DNA of 33,445 nucleotides from a virus (Duplodnaviria; Heunggongvirae; Uroviricota; Caudoviricetes): IMG/VR virus record IMGVR_UViG_3300045988_112031, positions 1 to 33,445 of that record; one strand, 5' to 3'. Shown piece by piece: positions 27,582 to 33,445 of this stretch (position 1 is its first letter; each line of letters starts with the position of its first letter). The notes under the pieces were generated by a model. It saw only the letters and a program-made list of their open reading frames with translations, ran no database searches and was not told where the DNA came from. The position numbers and the translations under genes were made by a program.

Positions 27582-28162
27582 GCGTTAGTTTCTCCACAAC
27601 CAGAAGCAATCGACGCCACGACGCCCGGAGCTGCACACTCGCGGGCGTTACTCTTTTCCGGCGCACAAAAAACACGAAATAACAGTGTTAAATGCTCCTG
27701 CCACTTCGCCATTACTTGGTAGCTGTTCTCTTCGATTTGCTCACGCTCAGCTTGGTCAATAACTCCATCAGCAGTTGCCTTGCGTAAGTACTGGGAATGC
27801 TTGCCAATCCATTCTATTGACTCCATCAGCCGCTGATTAATGTCACCATTGTCAATGTCATCAATGACCACCAGCGGCACAAACACCCCATTACTACGAC
27901 GGGCTATTGCATCTGTTACATGCCTGGTACCACTGGCATCCTGTAAAACCATGGCCCACTCAAGTGGAAAAATTTGATCCCCACCGCTACGCAGTCTGTT
28001 ATGCAATTGATCTTTTGCTGGGGTGATATCATCAGATTTATACAAACCAAGAATTTCTGCTGCTTCCTCATAGCCATGAGGTAAATCAGCAATCGTTCTT
28101 CGTATTGCTGCCACCAGCCATGCTGGTTGTTTATCAACTTTCCATTCAGGTTCTTTACCCAC
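27578..28162 (-). CDS. early regulatory protein in the cII position (194 aa), function unknown
   Basis: GTG start with GAGGAA Shine-Dalgarno; second gene of the pR operon after the cro-like gene; possible HTH (..[22 protein letters not shown]..). Confidence 0.4.
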   Translation of the reverse strand: MGKEPEWKVDKQPAWLVAAIRRTIADLPHGYEEAAEILGLYKSDDITPAKDQLHNRLRSGGDQIFPLEWAMVLQDASGTRHVTDAIARRSNGVFVPLVVIDDIDNGDINQRLMESIEWIGKHSQYLRKATADGVIDQAEREQIEENSYQVMAKWQEHLTLLFRVFCAPEKSNARECAAPGVVASIASGCGETNA

Positions 28163-28189
28163 GGTTAATTCCTCATTTCTGTGGTGTTT

Positions 28190-28387
28190 TTATGCCGCAG
28201 CACTGTTAGTCTTTTGATATAAAGACACGTCAACTTTCAGTTTCCCGTTAGTAATTTTTTCTAACTGGTACGCTCGGCCTTCAGGAATAATCTCAGGCCA
28301 CTCTGAAACAGACGGATGCTTAATACCTAGGGCTTCGGCGGTTTTACAAACTCCGCCGAAATAATTAATCACGTCGGATTTCCGCAT
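28190..28387 (-). CDS. cro: Cro-like transcriptional regulator
   Basis: 65 aa, first gene transcribed from pR, divergent from cI; GGGAGA Shine-Dalgarno. Confidence 0.6.
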   Translation of the reverse strand: MRKSDVINYFGGVCKTAEALGIKHPSVSEWPEIIPEGRAYQLEKITNGKLKVDVSLYQKTNSAAA

Positions 28388-28419
28388 TTCTGTCTCCCGT
28401 TAAATTACGTTAAGCAGAA

Positions 28420-28448
28420 ATGTAGGATATCCAACATGCCAATGTCAA
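28420..28448 (-). promoter_or_regulatory. pR promoter with operator OR1 (TTGACA-N5-ATGTTGGATATCCTACAT)
   Basis: Minus strand: TTGACA then, after 5 bp, the 18-bp near-palindrome ATGTTGGATATCCTACAT overlapping the -10 position; the same module occurs inverted at pL. Coordinates approximate. Confidence 0.6.
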
Positions 28449-28484
28449 GAATCCTACATGGTCATGTGGTAGGATTGCCTACAT
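28449..28484. promoter_or_regulatory. additional operator half-sites (OR2/OR3-like) and presumed pRM region upstream of cI
   Basis: Half-sites ATCCTACAT and ATGTGGTAGGAT / TGCCTACAT between OR1 and the cI ATG. The cI start has only a weak AGGA upstream (contained in an operator half-site), so cI may be near-leaderless. Confidence 0.4.
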
Positions 28485-29136
28485 GATGAACATGAGTGAG
28501 CGTATTCGCCAAAGGCGAAAAGAACTGAACCTGACACAACAAGCACTGGCTGATTTGACTGGTGTGAACCGTGTCACGGTTACTGGATGGGAAAAGGACG
28601 ACTACCAACCAAATGGAGCCAACCTTCAAGCCCTAGCCAACGCACTTAAATGCGATCCTCTGTGGCTTGTTAGCGGAAAAGGCTCGCCTGAACCAAAGAT
28701 AAATCTAAAACCTGAAATATTCGCAGTTAAAAAAGTCCCCCTCATCTCGTGGGTTCAGGCGGGTTCATGGACAATGACGGAGCCTGGTGTCAGGAAAGAA
28801 GATGCTGAAGAGTGGGTTTATACTACCGCCCTTGTATCAGAAATGGCATTTGCACTACGGGTTCGTGGTGATTCAATGACCAATCCCCTCGGCTCACCAT
28901 CGATACCAGAAGGTTCTATCGTTATCGTAGAGCCAGATATTATTGATACAGAGTGTATTAACGGAAAAATCGTTGTTGCCCATATCAATGGTGGGCAAGA
29001 AGCGACACTCAAAAAATTTGTTGAGGACTGGCCGAACAGGTATCTCGTCCCACTAAATCCTAACTATAAAACTATTGAATGCGGTGAGAACTGCAGAATA
29101 GTTGGTCTTGTCAAACAAGTAATAATGGATTTTTGA
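28483..29136 (+). CDS. cI: CI-type repressor (N-terminal HTH, C-terminal S24 LexA-like autopeptidase)
   Basis: 217 aa; HTH ..LTQQALADLTGVNRVTVTGWE..; C-terminal ..RVRGDSMTNP.. with a downstream Lys (Ser-Lys dyad pattern); flanked by operator-containing promoters. Confidence 0.85.
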   Translation: MMNMSERIRQRRKELNLTQQALADLTGVNRVTVTGWEKDDYQPNGANLQALANALKCDPLWLVSGKGSPEPKINLKPEIFAVKKVPLISWVQAGSWTMTEPGVRKEDAEEWVYTTALVSEMAFALRVRGDSMTNPLGSPSIPEGSIVIVEPDIIDTECINGKIVVAHINGGQEATLKKFVEDWPNRYLVPLNPNYKTIECGENCRIVGLVKQVIMDF

Positions 29137-29156
29137 CACATCTTCCTCACTATCGC

Positions 29157-29182
29157 AAAACCGGGGTATCCCCGGTTTTTTT
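29157..29182 (+). terminator. intrinsic terminator after cI
   Basis: CCGGGG-tat-CCCCGG hairpin followed by seven T, about 20 nt after the cI stop. Coordinates approximate. Confidence 0.7.
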
Positions 29183-29198
29183 ATGAGCCTATCTTTTT

Positions 29199-29216
29199 AT
29201 GTAGGATAACCAACAT
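29199..29216. promoter_or_regulatory. operator OL2 (ATGTAGGATAACCAACAT)
   Basis: 18-bp near-palindrome, a variant of the OR1/OL1 sequence, 35 bp upstream of OL1. Confidence 0.5.
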
Positions 29217-29222
29217 AAACTC

Positions 29223-29251
29223 TTGACACTCACATGTTGGATATCCTACAT
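29223..29251 (+). promoter_or_regulatory. pL promoter with operator OL1 (TTGACA-N5-ATGTTGGATATCCTACAT)
   Basis: Plus strand TTGACA, 5 bp, then the identical 18-bp operator found at pR; drives rightward transcription of the accessory operon. Confidence 0.6.
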
Positions 29252-29257
29252 TTGTTT

Positions 29258-29277
29258 TTAGAGTTGTGGTGAATGCG
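29258..29277 (+). repeat. 20-bp direct repeat copy 1 (TTAGAGTTGTGGTGAATGCG) at the predicted pL transcript start
   Basis: 19 of 20 identical to copy 2 at about 29914-29933; each followed by a GC-rich imperfect palindrome. Confidence 0.5.
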
Positions 29278-29369
29278 CAGGCTGATGCGCGAAAGACATT
29301 GCAGCTATTGCGGAAAAGAGCTGTTCGGCGGGGCCATTAAACGCCCGTATCTGGAGGTTAAAGAACAAA

Positions 29370-29645
29370 ATGAAAGTCCAGATTTTAAACAATAGTGGTG
29401 AAGTCGTTTGGTCATACGACATAGCCGCTCCTGTAGATCAGAGCGGCGATAGCTGGACCAATGGGAAACATCAGATTATGGCTGGAGTTGTGTTCTCTTT
29501 ACGCCGTGCTTTAGAACAGGCTGAAGTCTTTCCATCAGACCCTGAATGGAAATGGCCTTTTTCTATTTGTCCAAATTCGGAGAGTACATTTCAGAAAATT
29601 GGTCAGAAAGTCGCACTCGAAGAGCATCAGCCAACTGTTTCCTGA
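29370..29645 (+). CDS. hypothetical protein, first gene of the pL operon (not N-like)
   Basis: 91 aa; GGAGG Shine-Dalgarno 12 nt upstream; no arginine-rich N-terminus; 3' end overlaps the convergent ORF 29563-29808. Confidence 0.45.
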   Translation: MKVQILNNSGEVVWSYDIAAPVDQSGDSWTNGKHQIMAGVVFSLRRALEQAEVFPSDPEWKWPFSICPNSESTFQKIGQKVALEEHQPTVS

Positions 29646-29808
29646 TTTTTTCAGGTAACTCGTCGGCATCGCAGAAACAACAACGCTCGATCATGTTGAA
29701 AGCCGATTCGTAGAACTGTTTCTGCTGAGTGTCGCTGAGACAGGAAAAGAGCGACGTTACGATGATTTTATTAATTGCATTATCAAGTTCTTTTTCATCA
29801 AAAGTCAT
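29563..29808 (-). CDS. hypothetical protein (81 aa) antisense within the pL operon
   Basis: AAGGA Shine-Dalgarno 7 nt upstream of ATG; contains a CCFCD motif; convergent with and overlapping the 3' end of 29370-29645 by about 80 bp. Confidence 0.4.
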   Translation of the reverse strand: MTFDEKELDNAINKIIVTSLFSCLSDTQQKQFYESAFNMIERCCFCDADELPEKIRKQLADALRVRLSDQFSEMYSPNLDK

Positions 29809-29913
29809 TTGATTTTCCTTTTATGTATACGGGCTTAAAAGGATACCACCGAGCCTGAAGTGGTGAAAAGACAGGCACATAACAGCTAAGTATTTTTCAA
29901 CCAAAGAGAATCC

Positions 29914-29933
29914 TTAGCGTTGTGGTGAATGCG
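29914..29933 (+). repeat. 20-bp direct repeat copy 2 (TTAGCGTTGTGGTGAATGCG)
   Basis: See copy 1; lies at the start of the roughly 300-bp structured non-coding region preceding the yfdP-like gene. Confidence 0.5.
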
Positions 29934-30064
29934 GCTCAGCGCACGCGGGTTAAGGTTGAGGCTGACAGTCGACCTTCTGTGGATACCCACCCGTCTGGTG
30001 TGCAACCTTCGCCAGGCACCGGGAGGCACCCGGCACCACAACTTTATGCTGTGTGTAGTCCTGG

Positions 30065-30110
30065 CGGTACCAGTTTGTACCATTGCTTCCGGCTGGTACC
30101 GTCCTTTTTA
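30065..30110 (+). terminator. candidate intrinsic terminator (tL-like) in the pL leader
   Basis: 9-bp stem CGGTACCAG / CTGGTACCG with a roughly 19-nt loop, followed by TCCTTTTT. Coordinates approximate. Confidence 0.4.
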
Positions 30111-30197
30111 CAAAACAGAGAAGAGCATCACCGGACGACGGGCTCATAACCCAATCCATCCGGGCGGCTGCCACCGCAGGTGTTCTTCTCTGTTTTG
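30111..30197. repeat. 17-bp inverted repeat (CAAAACAGAGAAGAGCA / TGTTCTTCTCTGTTTTG) enclosing about 53 bp
   Basis: Pairs at all 17 positions (one G-U) when read as RNA; sits directly upstream of the Shine-Dalgarno of the yfdP-like gene. Confidence 0.55.
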
Positions 30198-30246
30198 TGG
30201 AGAAACCAACCGACCTTGCAGGGTCGATATGATGAGGAGCAGCAAA

Positions 30247-30609
30247 ATGGCTAGCGAACGCAGTACTGATGTGCAGGCATTTATCGGGGAGCTGGACGGC
30301 GGCGTATTTGAAACCAAAATCGGCGCTGTTCTCAGTGAAGTCGCTTCCGGTGTGATGAACACGAAAACCAAAGGTAAGGTCTCGCTCAACCTGGAAATCG
30401 AACCGTTTGATGAGAACCGTGTGAAAATCAAACACAAACTCTCATATGTTCGCCCGACTAACCGCGGGAAAATTTCTGAAGAAGACACCACCGAAACGCC
30501 GATGTATGTCAATCGCGGTGGTCGCCTGACTATTCTGCAGGAAGACCAGGGACAATTACTGACTCTTGCCGGTGAACCTGACGGAAAACTCCGCGCAGCA
30601 GGTCATTAA
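30247..30609 (+). CDS. YfdP-like hypothetical protein
   Basis: Track ORF 29929-30609 trimmed to the ATG preceded by GAGGAG (8-nt spacing); about 120 aa, similar size to CPS-53 YfdP and directly upstream of the yfdQ-like gene; the upstream part of the track ORF is GC-rich structured DNA. Confidence 0.45.
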   Translation: MASERSTDVQAFIGELDGGVFETKIGAVLSEVASGVMNTKTKGKVSLNLEIEPFDENRVKIKHKLSYVRPTNRGKISEEDTTETPMYVNRGGRLTILQEDQGQLLTLAGEPDGKLRAAGH

Positions 30610-30674
30610 TATCGTTCTTAATTAACTGATTATTTATCTCATCACTGAATATCTTTATATAGTGAGGACTTATT

Positions 30675-31499
30675 ATGTCTCAGAACTTAGACGCAACCGC
30701 AATTAATCAAATCCATGCTCTTATTTCTGCTCAGGGTGTTAATGAAATTATCAGTAAGATTGGTGCCGATGCTGTGGCATTGCCTGAGAATTTCCGCATT
30801 CATGATCTGGAAAAATTTAATTTAAATCGCTTCCGTTTCCGTGGCGCGCTTTCCACTGCCAGCATCGATGATTTTACCCGTTATTCTAAAGATCTTGCAG
30901 ATGAAGGCACCCGCTGCTTTATCGATGCTGATAATATGCGTGCCGTCAGTGTGCTTAACCTGGGTACTATTGATGAACCAGGTCACGCAGATAACACCGC
31001 CACTCTCAAACTGAAAAAGACAGCACCGTTCTCTGCTCTGCTGTCTGTTAACGGCGAGCGTAACTCCCAGAAGTCACTGGCAGAATGGATTGAAGACTGG
31101 GCCGACTACCTTGTGGGTTTTGATGCTAATGGTGACGCCATTCAGGCAACCAAAGCGGCGGCGGCTATCCGTAAAATCACAATTGAAGCGAACCAGACCG
31201 CTGATTTTGAAGATAATGACTTCAGCGGCAAACGCTCCCTGATGGAGTCTGTCGAAGCGAAGACCAAAGACATTATGCCAGTGGTATTTGAATTTAAATG
31301 CGTTCCATTTGAAGGCCTGAAAGAACGTCCGTTTAAATTACGACTCAGCATTATCACTGGCGATCGTCCTGTACTGGTTCTGCGCATTATTCAGCTGGAA
31401 GCGGTGCAGGAAGAAATGGCTAACGAATTTCGTGATCTGCTTGTTGAGAAATTCAAAGACAGCAAAGTAGAAACCTTTATTGGTACTTTCACCGCCTGA
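30675..31499 (+). CDS. yfdQ: YfdQ-like protein (DUF2303)
   Basis: 274 aa, identical length to E. coli CPS-53 YfdQ and followed by a yfdR-like gene; identification from recalled synteny and length, not a database search. Confidence 0.55.
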   Translation: MSQNLDATAINQIHALISAQGVNEIISKIGADAVALPENFRIHDLEKFNLNRFRFRGALSTASIDDFTRYSKDLADEGTRCFIDADNMRAVSVLNLGTIDEPGHADNTATLKLKKTAPFSALLSVNGERNSQKSLAEWIEDWADYLVGFDANGDAIQATKAAAAIRKITIEANQTADFEDNDFSGKRSLMESVEAKTKDIMPVVFEFKCVPFEGLKERPFKLRLSIITGDRPVLVLRIIQLEAVQEEMANEFRDLLVEKFKDSKVETFIGTFTA

Positions 31500-31627
31500 T
31501 TTCATTACTGCAAATGCCCCTGCGGGGGCATTTATGGAAACGTAATTAACTCAATAATCACCGGATGGTGAGAGCTTCCTTTTAGCAGAATTCAACGCGG
31601 TGCAGCGCATATAAAGTGGAGAACGAA

Positions 31628-32164
31628 ATGTCATTTATTAAAACTTTTTCCGGGAAGCATTTTTATTATGACAAGATAAATAAAGACGACATCGTGATTA
31701 ACGATATCGCAGTTTCCCTTTCAAATATCTGTCGCTTTGCAGGACATCTTTCACACTTCTACAGTGTCGCCCAGCATGCGGTGCTTTGCAGCCAGTTGGT
31801 GCCGCAGGAATTTGCTTTTGAAGCGTTAATGCATGATGCAACAGAAGCATATTGCCAGGACATCCCCGCACCACTGAAACGCCTTCTTCCTGACTATAAA
31901 CGGATGGAAGAAAAAATAGACGCCGTAATCCGTGAGAAATACGGATTACCTCCTGTTATGAGCACGCCAGTGAAATATGCCGATCTCATTATGCTGGCAA
32001 CCGAACGCCGCGATCTCGGGCTTGATGATGGCTCTTTCTGGCCTGTACTGGAAGGTATCCCGGCAACAGAGATGTTCAAAGTGATTCCACTGTCGCCAGG
32101 CCATGCCTACGGGATGTTTATGGAACGTTTTAACGAGTTATCGGAGTTACGCAAATGCGCATGA
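31628..32164 (+). CDS. yfdR: HD-domain 5'-deoxynucleotidase (YfdR-like)
   Basis: Track ORF 31616-32164; start at the second ATG (GGAG 8 nt upstream) gives 178 aa, the YfdR length, beginning MSFIKTFSGKHFYYDK; H..HD-type metal-binding residues (..AQHAVLCSQ..LMHDATEAYCQD..). Confidence 0.65.
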   Translation: MSFIKTFSGKHFYYDKINKDDIVINDIAVSLSNICRFAGHLSHFYSVAQHAVLCSQLVPQEFAFEALMHDATEAYCQDIPAPLKRLLPDYKRMEEKIDAVIREKYGLPPVMSTPVKYADLIMLATERRDLGLDDGSFWPVLEGIPATEMFKVIPLSPGHAYGMFMERFNELSELRKCA

Positions 32165-32505
32165 ATGTTTTCGAAATGGAAGGGTTTCTTCGCGGGAAAT
32201 GTGTACCACGAGATCTGAAAGTGAATGAAACAAATGCTGAGTATCTGGTGCGTAAATTCGATGAAGTACGTGCTGAGGCTCGCAACGAGGGTATTAACTA
32301 TACCGCAAGCCGCCTTGCTGCTGCGTTCAATCACGGATTTATCAATAAGTCTTTACGTGAAGTTTTCGACGTTACACGCATGATTCTGTCAGCGAAAGAA
32401 GAGTTGGCTAATGAACCGCATCCGATTGATGGCCTGTCTGGTGAATATGCGGAGAAATCCCTTGAAGAATGGGCGGAACAGATTCGCAAAGGAGGCAGCC
32501 AGTGA
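32155..32505 (+). CDS. YfdS-like hypothetical protein
   Basis: 116 aa; overlaps the yfdR-like stop; acidic, helical; by synteny with the CPS-53 yfdPQRS cluster. Confidence 0.45.
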   Translation: MRMNVFEMEGFLRGKCVPRDLKVNETNAEYLVRKFDEVRAEARNEGINYTASRLAAAFNHGFINKSLREVFDVTRMILSAKEELANEPHPIDGLSGEYAEKSLEEWAEQIRKGGSQ

Positions 32506-33146
32506 ATAACCGCTTTTACATGATGTGCTTGCGTGAAACTGTGGGTAATAACGCCTCATTCCATTGCCATAACGGCAATGGTTACAGTTCTGATATCGAT
32601 CGCGCTCATGTTTACACGCTGGAAGAAGCCCAAAAAGCCTGGAATTGTGGGCGAGATATCGATCAGCCTGTTTGTGCCGATAGTGTGGATGCAATGGCTG
32701 TGTGGCACGTTGATTGCCAGTACATCCCTACAGAAAGCCTGATTGGGTCAGATTGCACTGCGTATGTGGCCTACAAAAAAGGTAGCTGGAACGGCAACGA
32801 TGTTTACTGGCTTCAACACGGTGGATTGCCAACAGATGACTTCAGTAAAGCGACCATCTTTAGCGTCGCCAACAAAAACGAACCAGGAATAGTTTGGTTG
32901 CCATTTTCCATTGCTGATGCAGCAAAGCGCCGGACGTTCAATATCAATAACTTTAACCGCAGAACAATGGTTCAGGGCACAGGTTTGGTCATGCCTGACT
33001 GGTTGAAAAAGCAGAACAGAAGAAAGAAGTCGCGAAGCGGGAAGGTGCGTTGGAATTGTCCGCATTGCGGAAAAATTACCTGGCAGTACAGCCCATATGA
33101 TTTTGAAGGCTGTAGTGATTACAACTGTGAAGGATGGCGAGAATGA
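32502..33146 (+). CDS. hypothetical protein with C-terminal zinc-ribbon (CPHC..C..C)
   Basis: Track ORF 32469-33146; preferred GTG start with AGGAGG 6 nt upstream, overlapping the preceding stop (GTGA); Cys/His-rich throughout. Confidence 0.45.
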   Translation: MNNRFYMMCLRETVGNNASFHCHNGNGYSSDIDRAHVYTLEEAQKAWNCGRDIDQPVCADSVDAMAVWHVDCQYIPTESLIGSDCTAYVAYKKGSWNGNDVYWLQHGGLPTDDFSKATIFSVANKNEPGIVWLPFSIADAAKRRTFNINNFNRRTMVQGTGLVMPDWLKKQNRRKKSRSGKVRWNCPHCGKITWQYSPYDFEGCSDYNCEGWRE

Positions 33147-33445
33147 CAATTGACTATCAGGCACTGCGTGAGGCGGCAGTGAAAGCCGGTAAAGATAAGT
33201 GGCAAGCTAAAAAAATAAACGGTGATTTTTTCGTTATTCGTCACGGTAGTTATACAAGACAGCATGGATACACATCGTATCAACCCATTGCGGAGATTGA
33301 TTGTAAGCCAGTCCGGGATTTTGTTGCCAAGGCTAATCCGGCTACCGTCTTGGCGCTGCTGGATGAACGGGAAAGAAACCAGCAATACATCAAACGCCGC
33401 GACCAGGAGAACGAGGATATTGCGCTAACGGTAGGGAAGCTGCGC
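33143..33445 (+). CDS. Ead/Ea22-like protein, N-terminal fragment (continues beyond window end)
   Basis: Hand translation MTIDYQALREAAVKAGKDKWQAKKINGDFFVIRHG....PATVLALLDERERNQQYIKRRDQENEDIALTVGKLR; ATG overlaps the upstream stop (ATGA); open to the window edge. Confidence 0.5.
   Translation, partial: MTIDYQALREAAVKAGKDKWQAKKINGDFFVIRHGSYTRQHGYTSYQPIAEIDCKPVRDFVAKANPATVLALLDERERNQQYIKRRDQENEDIALTVGKLR

Noticed and set aside
27916-28137. Nested minus-strand ORF (73 aa) inside the cII-position gene
   Set aside because: Alternative frame fully contained within ORF 27578-28162, with no independent ribosome-binding site.
29929-30246. N-terminal extension of track ORF 29929-30609 (would give a 226-aa protein)
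   Set aside because: The upstream 300 bp is GC-rich with long inverted repeats and a terminator-like hairpin, and the internal ATG at about 30247 has a well-spaced GAGGAG site; the extension is more likely structured leader than coding.
31511-31533. Hairpin AAATGCCCC-tgc-GGGGCATTT after the yfdQ-like gene as an intrinsic terminator
   Set aside because: The T residues are part of the stem and no unpaired T-run follows; more likely an mRNA-stabilising or processing hairpin, so not listed as a terminator.
1-33445. Integrase, attachment sites, IS elements, CRISPR arrays
   Set aside because: No tyrosine-recombinase-like ORF, transposase or regularly spaced short repeat array was seen; the window begins and ends inside phage genes, so the prophage boundaries lie outside it.

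Overview
The whole window lies inside a temperate phage or prophage of an enterobacterial host (E. coli / Shigella / Salmonella-type gene families); no integrase, att site, rRNA, tRNA or CRISPR array is visible. It is a mosaic: a Mu-like contractile tail and baseplate module (about 1-10.3 kb, minus strand, ending in a truncated tail-fibre gene at the window edge), an HK97-like head and packaging module (10.3-18.1 kb: connector, capsid, protease, portal, TerL, TerS, HNH), a lysis cassette (18.6-20.5 kb: GH19 endolysin, Rz/Rz1 spanins, two membrane proteins), an antiterminator Q with a candidate late promoter and terminator, and nin-like early genes (21.7-28.4 kb: DUF968, KilA-N, RusA, Dam methylase, iteron-containing replication initiator, Rha-domain protein, cro-like). 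All of these are on the minus strand. A LexA-like cI repressor (28483-29136, plus) is flanked by two inverted copies of the same promoter-operator module (pR leftward, pL rightward), and the pL operon (29.3-33.4 kb, plus) carries a yfdP/Q/R/S-like accessory cluster including an HD-domain 5'-deoxynucleotidase. Three visibly AT-rich cargo (moron) cassettes interrupt the late operon; each has its own ribosome-binding site and a flanking intrinsic terminator: (i) a 213-aa soluble protein with a HEPN-like R-x4-H motif between Q and the lysis genes, (ii) a 112-aa protein on the opposite strand between HNH and the spanins, (iii) a 176-aa membrane-anchored protein between the tape measure and the DNA-circulation gene. 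I regard these as the best candidates for an undescribed defence or exclusion function, with the HEPN-like protein first. CDS coordinates come from the supplied ORF track; sites I located by hand are approximate to about 2 bp, because my base counting disagreed with the track by 1 bp in places. All product calls rest on recalled family signatures, not on a database search.
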